From contig NC_068984.1 of assembly GCF_001194135.2 (NCBI RefSeq), positions 22,314,183 through 22,378,182 of the forward strand: a stretch of DNA of 64,000 nt, written 5' to 3'. Shown here in pieces: positions 40,440 through 53,724 of this stretch. The position numbers and the translations under genes were made by a program. The notes below the pieces were generated by a model. It was given only the letters and a program-made list of their open reading frames with translations. It was not told the origin of the DNA and did no database searches. This DNA is from Octopus bimaculoides. Lineage: Eukaryota. Position 1 is the stretch's first letter. Every line of letters starts with the position of its first letter.

Positions 40440-41260
40440 TACCACAGAACTGAATTAATTTCTTGCAAAATGATGGTGTTCGTTTTTCAATATTCCCAGA
40501 GATCATCTTGGTTCTTTAGATTTCTCCTTCGCGCCCCATCTCCAATAATCTTCCAAACGTTTTCTATAGGGTTGAAATCGGAACTTGAGGTGGCCAGTCC
40601 ATGAGATCAGACCCTTCATCACTCAAAAATTCTTTGACTCTCTTCGCAGTGTTACAGGAAGCGTTGTCCTGCATGATGGTTGAACTGACGAGGATCGGAG
40701 ATGTGAAATGACATGCTGTCTAAGAATCTGCTTGTAGATTTCAGCATTGACAATCTCTTGTAGGCGAATAAGTTGATCGGGAACAGTAACTGAGATCACT
40801 CCCATATCATTATACTGCCTCCTCTATATTTTACTGTCTTCTTCACACAAGCATGAGATAACCTTTCAGCACTTCGTTGGACGTACATCCCACCATAGGA
40901 ACCAATCACATTAAACTTCAATTCATAGCTAAAATGAGCCTGCGACCACTGTTCTTCTGTCCAAATGACATGTTCGTGAGCGAAACGAAGACGGACTCTT
41001 TGATTCTTCTTGGAGATCAGAGATTTCTTTGCCGGTGCCCGAGCAAGCAACCCAGAACCACGTAACCTCTGAAAAACTGTTTTGGACGATACACTGACAT
41101 ATGAAGTGGAGCTAAACTCGCTGGATATCTGAGCAGCACTCTTAAACCGATCCTTCCGTGATATTCGAACCATAATACGATCCTGTCTTGGTGAAGCTTT
41201 ACGAGGCCTACCGGTTTTAAGTTTAGCATCTGTCGAAGCTGATGATTAAAACGAGCTCCA
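40440..41260 (-). pseudogene. Tc1 DD34E-type transposase, frameshifted and decayed
   Basis: DRFKSAAQI, LLARAPAKKSLISKKNQRVRLRFAHEHVIWTEEQWSQAHFSYELKFN, KTVKYRGGSIMIW, MQDNASCNTAKRVKEFL, DWPPQ...PIENVW. Confidence 0.9.
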
Positions 41261-41368
41261 ATTCGTTGCACAACACTTTTAGACCTTCATACAGTAGTTG
41301 CTATCACAGAATTTGTCATGCCCTCTTGGTGAGGGCACTCAATCCTTTGTTTTTCATCACAGAATATC

Positions 41369-41570
41369 GGCGAGCTGGCAGAATCGTTAGTACGCCGGGC
41401 GAAATGCTTAGCGGTATTTCGTCTGCCGCTACGCTCTGAATTCAAATTCCGCTGAGGTCGACTTTGCCTTGCATTCTTTCGGGGGCGATAAATTAATATC
41501 AGTTACGCACTGGGGTCGATGTAATCGACTTAATCCCTTGTTTGTCCCCTCTATGTTTAGCCCCTTGTCA
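41369..41570 (+). mobile_element. SINE family A inserted inside the Tc1 element
   Basis: ggcgagctggcagaatcgttagtacgccgggcgaaatgcttagcgg... matches 24248-24478; it lies between the transposase 5' region and the TIR. Confidence 0.9.
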
Positions 41571-41891
41571 CCATGTTGACAGTTGAATGTTCCAATAATG
41601 TAAGACCATAAGAAGTAACTGTTAGCCAAATAAAGTCTTCAAAACAAGAAATACCTCGGGTAGTTGTTCATTTTTTCTAAGTGACCCCTAACTTCTGGCC
41701 GCTGCAATTTGGAAGATTGCTTGTTTATTTCCTCAAAATATTTGTTCCATTCACTCAGAATTTTCTCGAAAGGTAGATATTAGATCTATCTAAATATGTG
41801 TAAAATATTTAGTTTCAACGTGTTATTAATCTTCTATGATTACTATGTTAATACACTTGTTCTTACTGACCCTTTTATTATAGCCGCTACT

Positions 41892-41940
<49 letters not shown>

Positions 41941-42169
41941 CACTCCATCATTACTCGACAACAGGTGCTGGTGTGTTTACGTCCCGTAAGCTAGCTGTTC
42001 GGAAAAAGAGACCGATAGAAGAAGTGCCAGACTTTTAAAAAACAAGTATCGGGGTCGATACATTCCACTAAAAATTCTTCGAGGCGGTGCCCCAGCAGGC
42101 CGCAGTCTAACAACTGAGACGAGTAATCGATAAAAGATATAATAGATCTGTCATGATCGTACAGGCTCA

Positions 42170-42415
42170 CTACGATGGCTTTGTCCCCTTTTACATTGCA
42201 CAGAAGCAACCCAGAGAGTGGTATACTCCACCCCATCACTGAATGAGATGCAAGTCTATTGCAGGGTGAACTCCCAACAGCTGATACTCATTTTCAGCTG
42301 AGCAGACTGAGACAACGAGAAGTGTCTTCCCTTATCGCACAACACAGTGCCCGGATTGCGAAACAAATCCCCCCACCTTATCTCCGAAAGTTCCGTCATC
42401 TAACCACTAGGCCAC
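42170..42415 (-). mobile_element. tRNA-derived SINE with a distinct (V-SINE-like) tail
   Basis: Minus-strand head gtgtggcctagtggttagatg, core tcagctgaaaatgagta, tail caatagacttgcatctcattcag; the superfamily assignment is tentative. Confidence 0.5.
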
Positions 42416-42431
42416 ACGTTTTCTCTATACA

Positions 42432-42647
42432 TTAATTTCAAATTTTGGCACAAGGCCAGCAATTCCGGAGGTGAGGTAATCCGATTACATTGACCCTAGT
42501 GTTCAACTGGCACTTAATTTATGCACCTCGAAAGGATGAAAGACAAGCTCGACCTCAGCGGAATTCGAACTCAGAACATAAAGTGGGGGCAAATGGGTTA
42601 ACCATCTTCCATGGCATGCTAGTCATTCTGCCAGTTCACCGCCTTAC
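42432..42647 (-). mobile_element. SINE family A
   Basis: gacctcagcggaattcgaactcagaacataaag...ctgccagttcaccgcc is the reverse complement of the family A head. Confidence 0.8.
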
Positions 42648-42750
42648 TTTCTCTATATATTGAAATACACTATATTTCACTCCGACAGTACAAAAATATT
42701 TAAATTATATTTCATAATTTTGCGTTGAAACAATTACCGCATATCTAACA

Positions 42751-43087
42751 GACACTCAATCGCTTATGACGAGTGTCTCTGTTAATCCGATCGAAAGTAC
42801 AGCCTGCTCATGAAATTAATGTGCCAGTGGATGAGTACTCCACGAACCCTTAATGAAGTTTTCAGGAAGGAAACTACCGATAACGTAGTTCCGCAGGAGT
42901 TTCAGTTTGACACGGAAAGTGGCAAAGCTGGCCCTTTCAAATACAAATAATACTCATTTTTTACCAGCTGAGTGGACTGTACAACATGAAATAAAGTGTC
43001 TTGCTCAAGGACACAACGCGCCAATGCGAATCGATCTCATGACCTTTACCATTGTGAGCCGAATACCCTTACCACTAAGTCACGACC
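42751..43087 (-). mobile_element. SINE family C
   Basis: Matches 2313-2620 (gaaattaa, ggccctttcaaatacaaa, tactcattttt, caaggacacaacgcg, gagccgaataccc). Confidence 0.8.
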
Positions 43088-43777
43088 ATTCATTGTATAC
43101 CAAAGGACGCAAAAGTTGGCAAATTCACTTTTTGTTGTTTCGTTTCTTTAGTAAAAGTACAGTCTTTTCTGAAGTGCCAGAAAGGTTCCTCGTACATTTG
43201 GTTACTAATACAATTTCACTTCATTTTGAGGAATTACAGTTGAATTGTATCATTTACTATTGAACCCAATCACAGAAGTGCGATAAAATTTTCGGTTACT
43301 TTATTATAGACTGTACTATTCAGAAACACAGTAAAAAATTAAACAGTAAATATAACAGTCCTATTATATATATATATTAAATGTATAAATCAATTCTAAA
43401 TGGTGATGTTTATTTAGCTTACACAATTGATATTCCCATAAAATTCTGCTTATTTTAGTATTGTGTATATGCTAAATTTGAATGCTACCTTAGATATACA
43501 ATCACAAACGATAAAAAAAAATCTCATCTTAAAATATATCTGTAAAGTATAAAATCGGAAATAAATTTCAGAATAAACATCAGATTGGGGAACAAAGCGT
43601 AAAACTATGGTGCAACCTAACGCATTTTACTGTCTAACAGATATATATTTAAAATTAGAATCTGCAAAATTGACTTGCACTCGTATATTATGTTATTTAC
43701 TGTCTTAAATTCATGTATTATTGATGAATAAAAATAACAATCTAAGCACATAGAAGGTATAAACATAGTACAAATAA

Positions 43778-43955
43778 TTCTTTCTGCTATAGGCACAAGG
43801 CTTGAAATTTTGTAGGAGGGAGAAAGTAGATTTCATCGATCCTAGTGCTCGGATCCGAGAGGATGGAAGGCAAAGTCAACTTCAGCGGAATTTGAAATCA
43901 GAACGAAAATATGGAAGAAATATCGCTAAATATTTAATACGGCGCGGTGTTGATT
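43778..43955 (-). mobile_element. SINE family A, degenerate
   Basis: ttctttctgctataggcacaagg...ggcaaagtcaacttcagcggaatttgaaatcagaacg parallels 5140-5353. Confidence 0.75.
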
Positions 43956-44000
43956 CTGTTCATTATATATGTGTGTATGTGCAACTATGTGAATATGTAC

Positions 44001-44046
<46 letters not shown>

Positions 44047-44370
44047 NNNNNNNNNNNNNNNNNNNNNNNNNNNNNNNNNNNNNNNNNNNNNNNNNNNNNN
44101 NNNNNNNNNNNNNNNNNNNNNNNNNNNNNNNNNNNNNNNNNNNNNNNNNNNNNNNNNNNNNNNNNNNNNNNNNNNNNNNNNNNNNNNNNNNNNNNNNNNN
44201 NNNNNNNNNNNNNNNNNNNNNNNNNNNNNNNNNNNNNNNNNNNNNNNNNNNNNNNNNNNNNNNNNNNNNNNNNNNNNNNNNNNNNNNNNNNNNNNNNNNN
44301 NNNNNNNNNNNNNNNNNNNNNNNNNNNNNNNNNNNNNNNNNNNNNNNNNNNNNNNNNNNNNNNNNNNNNN

Positions 44371-44443
<73 letters not shown>

Positions 44444-44927
44444 GGTTCTGATGGAAAAACATTATGGATGGTTTTTATCGATTAAATTTGGAGTAGTGTT
44501 ATCGTTCAGATTTAATTCATGCACATAAATGTTTCTAATTAGGTGTGTCTAATTGGGTATATCAGCTTCAGGTCTTCATGTTCTTTTTTAGAGATTGACA
44601 AAAGAATGTAGGAATGTGAAACGGTTATTTCATCATTAGATGCGGAACAATATCTGATACACTGGATTACAGAGAGCTACATGCATAGATGAATCCTGAA
44701 AATAACAAAAATCCAAATTTGATCAATAGAAATCTTCCAAAATATCTTTTTCTGTGAACCTAAGCTTCGACACCTAATTATTATTCAACAGAAATCCAAG
44801 TACCTCCAAAAATTTAAACATACCAGAATCTGTATAACACCAAGATGAACACAACTGAACATCTGTCCGATAACATATTTTGATTAATTCTAGGTTAATT
44901 AAAATATGTTTGTAACATATCTTAAAT

Positions 44928-45322
44928 TCTAAAGGCAAATTCACTGTGGTTACTGCGGAGGAAAAATTCTCTCTTATGGTAATGCCGTAAAAATACTATA
45001 TATTCCTACTGCTTCACCACTAGCGACTAACCAGATGCGCGTTTCTCAATGGGAAATACCGAAGAGAGATAACCCTTGGCAGATTCAAAGCCGTAATTTT
45101 AACTAAAATAATGAAGATCATCAGTAACTGAGTTGCGCTGGTGGACCACCTTCTCAGAATAGAAACAGAAGCATCAGTGTCAAGCAGTGAACAGGAATAA
45201 ACGAACTTTAAGGTAGTTAAAATACGTTCGTGACATATTTTAACATCTAAAGGCAAATTCACTGCAGCATTTACTGTGGAGAGAAAATTCTCTTTCGTCA
45301 GAGGTGTAAAAACACCATATAG
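44928..45322. repeat. ~75-bp imperfect direct repeat (44928-45003 and 45246-45322), followed by (GATA)n at ~45360-45444
   Basis: tctaaaggcaaattcactg...ttactg(c/t)ggag...aaaattctct...gtaaaaa occurs twice, ~320 bp apart. Confidence 0.75.
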
Positions 45323-45373
45323 ATAGACAGATAAACAGAGAGGTATTTAGGTAGATACATAGATAGATAGATA

Positions 45374-45446
<73 letters not shown>

Positions 45447-46015
45447 GGAAGAGGGGCGTTTAAATAGAAGTATTCTTTGATTAAATTGAAGGATGTTTAT
45501 TCAGATGGTAACGAGAGATGGTAAACGATAAAAGCGTATTTTTAAGACTACAGAATATTATTGAAGTGCTATAGATTAGCATTAATAAAATGGAGTATAG
45601 CTTCTTCGAGAAAAAAAATGACAGGTAGAAAATTTCCCATAAAATTAGGTCGTAAAATTCTTTAAGTAGTAAAAGTAGAACAAAAAAATTATCCACTGAT
45701 CCCCATGGATTTTTGTACACAAAGTATACTATTTCAAAAAATATTAGGTGCGTTCGTGAATAGTGTAAATACAACGCATACATATGTGTGTGCTTACTTG
45801 TATGTTTTTGTGTGTGCACAGCTGTATGCGTTATGTGTAATGTTTATGTCTGTTTAGGATATTCATAAGTGTGAATATGTACTGATGTCACCATTCAAAC
45901 TCTAACTCTTTACGCTCTGCGTTTAGGAAACATAACACCCGAATCCACTACACCAACAGGAGCACCAAGACCGTTACAGCTAATATCAGTATACCAGTAA
46001 AATCACTACTACTAC

Positions 46016-46051
<36 letters not shown>

Positions 46052-46138
46052 GAAAAGCACCCGTACGAACATATATCACCTCTACTGCCATTACAGGAAA
46101 CCGTAAATATAACACCAATGTCAGGAAGGGCGGTTACC

Positions 46139-46202
<64 letters not shown>

Positions 46203-46203
46203 T

Positions 46204-46247
<44 letters not shown>

Positions 46248-46369
46248 NNNNNNNNNNNNNNNNNNNNNNNNNNNNNNNNNNNNNNNNNNNNNNNNNNNNN
46301 NNNNNNNNNNNNNNNNNNNNNNNNNNNNNNNNNNNNNNNNNNNNNNNNNNNNNNNNNNNNNNNNNNNNN

Positions 46370-46411
<42 letters not shown>

Positions 46412-46412
46412 T

Positions 46413-46461
<49 letters not shown>

Positions 46462-47399
46462 CCTCCTATCTTGGCAAGCTCCAAACTTAATAAGTTTGGA
46501 GAAGAGATTGCCTCAAAACTTTGACACCTTTCACTTGCGGTATTTTCTTCAGATCAAGCATCTAATTTTATTCTATAATACCATAATGCAATTGAAGACC
46601 CAATTGAAACTGATTTACAAATGATATTGCTTCGAGTTTTGTATTATAAAATGAATACAAAGACACAGTTTTCAACAGCTCAACAGAGTTTGCAATATAT
46701 GTATACGCTTCAATTCCCATTGCTAAATGAGAATGCTCATTGTGTTAAGTTAATGTTGACGTTTTTCATGTAATGGAGACATCAAAAATTTTATTAGTTA
46801 TAATTATGTAATGATGAAAAGACATGAGATCAACGACTAATATTATCTCAATTATTCTCCAAAGTACAAGAGACAATTTATGACATTGCGATTGTGGCCC
46901 CGATTTTAATTTTCCAAGTATCGAGGAATAATGACACCAAGCTGTTAATTATTTATCCATGGTAACCTCAGTTTCTCTCTTTATTCCTGTCAATATTATG
47001 CAAGTATTATGATGTGGACATAGTTTGCAAAAGAAGACTTCTTTCTCTGCAGCAGTCCATGTGAATTTACTTTGTTGAATATAAGCTACATAGTTCCGAT
47101 ATCTGAAGTAAAGGTGACGCAATGTATGACTGAATAAACTATTAATTAATAGAATTTTCTCGATGTTTGTATATTCTCTATATACGTATACTTCTCAATG
47201 CAAGTATGTTCCAGAAACTCGTATAACAATAGACTTTAGGGATTAGCTGTACGGAAGACTGTTCATTCTATGCTCTTCTGCTCCTTTCAGAATACGGAGG
47301 TGAACGCAATTCAACTCAATTGGACAAACTCGACGTGTAGCTTTATTTCTTCCTCTTATTTGCTCAACTCGAAATCACTAAAGAGCTATTTCACAAATT

Positions 47400-47890
47400 T
47401 CGAGAGCAGGAGGAAATGAATATCGCAACATAGCGTCGGAGTTTCGTTTGTGAGTCCCGGCACAACGGTGGAAATGCTGCAAAGCATTTTCCCCGGCGCG
47501 AAAAAGATTCTGCCAGCTCGCCGCCTTTGAACTTTCTAATATTAGTTTTACATTTTGGTACAAAGCGAACTAGTTCGAGTAGGTCGTAAGTTAAGTACAT
47601 CGACCCCAGTGCTCGATTGGTACTTATTTTACTGACCCTGGAAGTATGTAAGGCAAAGTCGATCTCGGTGGAATTTGAACACAGAGCGTAAAGGCGAATG
47701 AAATGCTTCTAAGCATTATGCCCGGCGTGCTAACAATTCAGTGGCATTTCGTCTCTCTTTGAGGTATGAGTTCAAACTCCGCCGTGGCCGACTTTCGGGG
47801 TCGATAAAATAAGTACCAGTTGAGTGCTGGTGTCGATGCAATTGACTTACACCCTCCCCCCAAATTGATGACTTTGTCTCAATATTTGAA
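47400..47890. mobile_element. Cluster of family A SINE pieces, including an abutting inverted pair (~47595-47740 minus, ~47740-47890 plus)
   Basis: gcaaagtcgatctcggtggaatttgaac (minus) and gagttcaaactccgccgtggccgacttt...ggggtcgataaaataagtaccagtt (plus). Confidence 0.75.
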
Positions 47891-49813
47891 ATTAATATTG
47901 AGACTTATGATGTCTTTATTAGCCCCAGTTTGATATTTTAGCAAATATTTGTAATCTTTTATCTTCTTATTTCCACCACAATTTTTTGTTATGCATCTGG
48001 CTTATGCCAAAATTTCAGATCGAAGCAATAAATTTGGAGGACGGATTTTGTTGTCTTTCTTCAAATTCACCCTGCTGGATATTCTAGTTAATATTCTAGT
48101 TATCACGGTACAATGCTTTGCATTCGCGATACAATGCCTTTCATTCAAATGCCGTGCATTCTAGATACAATACCTCATACGAGTGCAACGTATCCTTAAA
48201 GAGTTCAAATATTTTTGCCTGTCATCCTTTCGGTGCTGAAAAGGACGTACCAGTTTAGTGCGACGGGTTGCCGGAACTGTTCATGCTGTCGGAACAGATA
48301 CCTTAAAGTATCTATTCGGGTTCTTTGCGTTCATTTAACAATAGCTGCGAAGATGTGTCGGTCTAAGTCAGCAGACTTTCTCTGGGTTAAACACCAACGG
48401 CGTAGAAAAGTGAGATTGCCTGACTGGGGAAATGTTAACCTTGCTCAAAGAAAATCTTGCCCTGATATATTCATATGAAAAGTTATCTTTGGACGAGGGA
48501 TCACCAATGTATATATTCTTGGTTTCGGGCTATGCGAGAAGCTGAAAAAGCAGGGCTGTAGTTGTTGTTGCAATTGTAGTTTCTTACTTATTGTGATCGA
48601 ATTTTCTGAGGTGTCTATTCCATTGTCCCAGTGACTACTGGACCAACTTATCAGATATATCCCTTTTAAAGGTGTTTGGAAGCGAGTTAATGGCGATTTC
48701 ACAGTCATTGATAGCAGGCTGATTGCTCGCCTAGAAACTCCTTCATCGATTTCCATTAGAGTAGAACTCTTGTGACAAGTGTCTGCGTTAAGAAACGCCT
48801 GTTGCTCGTGGTTACCACTGTCACTACACAAACTCAGGTAACTGGTTACTTTCTCCCCAGTGTGTACCACTCGGAAAACTATATGGTATCTTGCTATCTT
48901 ACTCAAACATTATATTACCCACCACCGCTCTACCCGCTACTTCGTTCACTTAAAGAAGCTGTTAGCGTCTATGGAGATTACCCTAAAAGTATTTCTTCTG
49001 TCCAATTTATCTGAGTGATACATGATGCGTGTATTCCCACGTTTCCTACATTGTTTTTAGTGTGTTTGTTTTTGTTTTTTTTTTCCTGTTGCAACCTTTT
49101 CTTATAGTTTTCTGTTCATTATTATTATTTCTTTTTTGTTTTGTATTGGCGCTTAGTTTCCTTTTAATCATTTTTGGTTTGAGGTTTGCATTTGTTGTGT
49201 TTATTGTTATTTTTCCTGCCTGATGTTACGTTTACTTTAATTCACATTATTAGTGCTTTGCTTTTATATCTTTATTTATTTTGGTTGTTATGTCTGTTAA
49301 TGCAGATATTGTTTTTTACAGGTTTTTTTGCGTCTGTTTTAGTGTATTTAGTTGTTAACATTTACATTTTGTTGTTAGTTCTGATGATATTGATACAATT
49401 TTTATTATTGTTGTTGGTTTTAGACATATGGGTTTTTGTTATGGCTGTTAATTTATTTTGCTATTTTTTTCTTCATTTCCTTCTGGGCTTTATTGTTTGT
49501 TGTTTTGGATACAGAACATTGATTAAACCGCCTTTTACGTAAATCATAGAAAGCGTTACTTTGTTATCAGTAACTTTGACACACATACGAACACTCTCGC
49601 GCACAAGACCCAACCGTACACGCACACATACACACGCACTCACACGTACATACATGTACACATCCACAGATACATGCATACAGATACGAGCACACAAATA
49701 TAAATACATAAATATGTTTACACAAATGCATACGTGCACTGATATATCTTCACTTATTCCTCACATACATAAATAATCACGCATACTTGAACACTCAACT
49801 ACACATGTGTGTA

Positions 49814-49872
<59 letters not shown>

Positions 49873-50949
49873 TAGCAAGCTATTATGCTGTTGCCACGAA
49901 GGGAAAACAAATCCATCGTTGTCTACTCAATAATAGATAGGCCTTCATATTCTTTTGTTTTTGCATTCTTTGTGTTTGTTTTTGGACATATCAAGAGATA
50001 TTGGAGTGACTATAACAACCAATCATTCCAAGTGTATTTGTGATATTTCCTTCGCGTCTGAATACATGGACAATTCCATTATGTTTGACCTGGTTCTCGT
50101 TTCTTTATCTGCTTAAAGTTGACCCGTTGACCTCATCATGAAGTAATGTCATTAGCCATCTCGTACATTCCATACAGCGACCGTTCCCTTTCTTCATGTG
50201 TTTCAATCATTGCTATTGAATTCTTTCTTTTGTATTTCTAAACAGTATGCTTAACAATTTAATTTTGTTATAATGTGTGTATGTTGTTTAGTATACGATA
50301 AAGGTTAAAGTTAACTCTGTAGCATAAAGTTGGAGAAGAAGGACACTATACAACTAAGAAACTAGGGTAAAATTCTCTTCACTAGATACTATAGCATACT
50401 AGAAACCAAATATTACTATATGGGTTATTGTAACAGAGTTAAGACGTGCATAACATTGAAGAAAGCTCTACTTGTTTGTGATGCAATTTTAAAACGCGAG
50501 AAAGCTGATTTTTCATGTAGATAGAAAAGTCGTTCATATGCAGACATTGTGAGTAATAACAATGAAATCTCACAATTTCATTGCTATTTGCATGGCAACA
50601 ATTGAGCCAATATATAGATGTTGACTAGGTGTATCATGGTGTTCTACATCATTTTAATTGCTATTACAATATACTGTTGTTAGAATGAAGGCACTTATCG
50701 ATGTAGATAAATAAAACATACACACAAACATACTTACACGCGACGAAAGAAAATTTACTCCTTGACTAATTTCTAACGTCAACGTAGTGTTCTTCGTTGA
50801 GGTCTGAGAGAAATAGCAACCACGGATTCCATATTTTAATGGAAATTCATTAGCAACACATCCTGTAACCAGATGTAACTGACATCCTTTATTACCACAA
50901 AAAAGAAAGAGATATGTGATATCTACCTGCCCCTGAAACAACTGAAGAC

Positions 50950-51740
50950 CATCGCCTTCGTCAGCCCTATTTACTCGACCTTAAAATCCACTTGTGACGA
51001 GTCACTTTTTTGTCACATCTCTGTCAGTATAGATCTCTACACAGTCACTCTCACCACCATCGTATTTTTCCAAACCCCACCAACGCCCATTTTTACCTTG
51101 AATTTCTCTCCTTTAAGCCTAACCTTACCATGTACTCCATCTGGCAGGATCAGCTTCTCTTTCGTCGCTGTTTCTGTAGCTGTGGCCTGGATTTCGATGT
51201 ACAACTACAATACATGGTGCCCACATATTCCAACCAAGCCTAAGATATCATTACTCATGCCCATTAAGTACACTGCACCTCCACTCTCTTCCTCACATTT
51301 ATCCATCCCCCAAACTCTTTCCTTTACCTCCCACCAAACACACCTCCCTTACAATCGTTCCGAATCTTCTTAAGTGATCCAAATTTCCACATCTGAAAAG
51401 CACCTCTTCTCCTTTTTAAGTTGGTCCGTAACCTATTTGAGCAGCCCGTCTTTAGCTTCTTGACTATCTTTGCATATAGAACCCAGATCTCTTCTGTGAT
51501 TTAGTTCCACACTTTCCTCTCCAATACTACCATCTTCACTAAACAAAGTGTTATTTCTTCCAAACAACTAACTCCTTCCCCTGTATTTCTAGCAATGCTA
51601 ACTTCTGCTTAAAAGACTTTCTCTGACTCTCCTACTACATCGGATAAACTAAACATACTTGTCTATCACTTTCATGAACAACTCCGGGACATCCATTTCT
51701 TGAATGAGTCTCCCGTTTCACCCCATTTACACCCTGGAGA
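50950..51740 (-). mobile_element. Probable RTE-like LINE 3' portion, heavily decayed
   Basis: Purine-rich minus strand with fragments such as KVIDKY/LSDVVG resembling RTE ORF C-terminal regions; there are many stops. Confidence 0.35.
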
Positions 51741-53152
51741 TCAATTCAACCAGCATTTCCTCGTGTGAGATTTAGCCACACACAGTGCTATCTTGGACTT
51801 TCGTCTACAATGCAAACATAAACTCATTTTCGCGCACACCTCAATGGCATATAAACCCCAAATAGTCATGCATACAAACATACATACTACGCACAAGACA
51901 GCATCATACACAGTTACACAACAACAAAACATGAAAACACATACAATCAAAGCAATGTTATTCATACACACACGCCTACATTGACAAATATATCCTCCAT
52001 AGCATCACTGCAGTGCTGGCACACTACGACTATCAAAGCTCAACGAAATGTAACTAGCATTCACATACACGCATACACCAACTAGACATCACCACGCACA
52101 CACACAACTTTGACTTGTGGCTTATTCACATATAAAGAGCAAAGTACAGAGCTGGTGGATATTTATAGATGAACAATTTTATAAAATGTATGGTGTTGTG
52201 GGAAATTTTTTCTTGTAAGATGACTTAGTAATTTTGGACGGCTGTCAGATAGTGGTAATAAATTAAACTGTAGCTTTTGAAGTTGAAAAATCTTTAAATA
52301 AATGTAGAAATGGAATAAAATAAATACGTATTAATCGATTTAGTTTTACGTGACAATACAAAAGCAAATTATTTATCAGGTATATATTTATATAGGACTT
52401 AATGCTACATCGGAAGAGGTTACCTATCAGTGAAATAAATGGTTTATATTTCATTGTTTTATAATTTTTGTTTGCAACATAGGATTTTATAAGAAGCTAT
52501 TGTAGAGCACGAGGATTATATTTTTAATACATCGGTAAGCTTGGCGTGTGATAGGATTTCAATATATGTTTATGAGGTTAGAAGATTGAAATTATCCTAT
52601 ATGTACCGATAAAGATGTAGAAGTTGTTTTCTTTTATTTTTTCTTCATATGTGTAGAGATAGACACTTGGGAATTTCAGTAAATAGATCTTTAAGTTTCG
52701 ATTTAGATCGACCTTAATAGTAGAATGGTAGTTAATATTATTAAAAGCAAGAGAATAAATATAAAAAACAATTATGTGGGTGGAATTTGAAGTTTTAGAG
52801 CATAAAGAGCAGAGTGAATACCGGAAAAAAATTTGTCTGATGCTTTAACGTTTCTGAGGATCTAGCGGCTTAACCACGATCATAGTAACAGCAATAACAA
52901 ATGTAGCATAATCTACTGTTAGAAGTATTCAGTACTTCGTTCAGAACGTGAAAGCCTGGTTCTTACCTTAAACACACTCACACGCATATGCACTATGCAC
53001 GCACGTATGCACCTCCCCCAACACACAAATTCGTGTAAAGTAATGTTTAATACATTCGCGTGTAATAGGACGTGATAAGATCTTTCACTGCAGGAATAGT
53101 CCCAGAATTCTCCACCTACATTTTATTCTAGGCTGTGCAATCTACACAATGG

Positions 53153-53350
53153 GTGTCTACCCAGTTTTATTGCAACTATGTGGGTTGAACGAGGCCATAT
53201 GAACATGACTAAAAAGCTGATGCCCGAGTGGCCCTATTAACACATACATACGTAGGAACCGACGTTACTGCTATTTTTAACCCCAGGAGGACGCCTCTTC
53301 AAGTTGATTATTCGATGCAATCTGCACCCGATATATATTGCAAGCAGGGA
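53153..53350 (+). pseudogene. Possible Penelope GIY-YIG endonuclease remnant
   Basis: Frameshifted VY/QFYC-NYVG*TR and later PDIYCKQ resemble the VY-F-C...YVG-T-R and P-LC-QK motifs. Confidence 0.3.
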
Positions 53351-53381
53351 AGCAAACCTCTATCATCTTCTATCCACGAGA

Positions 53382-53430
53382 CCACCAGACCGTACGGTTT
53401 CGACCTCTTTGTCGCTATCCTCGGTGGTGG
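53382..53430 (-). ncRNA. Type I hammerhead ribozyme motif (variant core)
   Basis: Minus strand CCACCA-CCGAGGA-UAGC-GAC aaagag GUC-GAAA-CC GUAC GG-UC-UGGUGG: 6-bp stem I, palindromic stem III and a GUC site; deviations are U4C and extra nucleotides before stem II. Confidence 0.65.
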
Positions 53431-53724
53431 ACACTCGTCTGCAAATGATAGCAGTAGTTCACACTGTCACTGATCTTGCGACAAGCAAATCAGCTAGTTA
53501 GAAAAGTTAGAAAATCTCTATAAGAGATGAAAGCAGTACCTATTCTGAGAAGTACTGTTTATTACCGCTTAAACATGGTTTTCTTCTCTTATAGGATTTT
53601 CTGCTTTTTTATTGCTTTCATCCCTTGCAAATTTGCATGTTTCAAGGTCAGTGACTGTGTGTCACTTGATTTCTACATATTGCGAACTGAAGTGCGGTTA
53701 TCTTTAGCGGACACGTATCCAAAC

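Larger units (their letters stand above)
40120..41892 (-). mobile_element. Tc1-family DNA transposon with ~230-bp diverged terminal inverted repeats
   Basis: 40120-40350 is the reverse complement of 41660-41892 (gtcagtaagaac, tagaagattaa, acacatatttagata, gagg/aaataaaca, gggtcacttagaaa); the right TIR reads CAGTAG on the minus strand. Confidence 0.9.
39846..42137 (+). mobile_element. SINE family B split by a Tc1 insertion (head 39846-40055, tail 41893-42137)
   Basis: Head caggagtgg...gggcaagtgtcttct...aagaagcctgtcgtgtatatg; tail gctggtgtgtttacgtccc...ggcggtgccccagcaggccgcagtc; the order matches 13926-14326. Confidence 0.8.

Noticed and set aside
43802-44485. Longest ORFs in the track (also 27545-28168, 28519-29066, 58181-58786)
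   Set aside because: They are composed of N runs and (TA)/(CA) microsatellites.
46140-46456. Identical (TA)n(TG)n-tctgtga-(TA)n blocks on both sides of an N gap
   Set aside because: Most likely an unmerged contig overlap (assembly artefact), not a real duplication.
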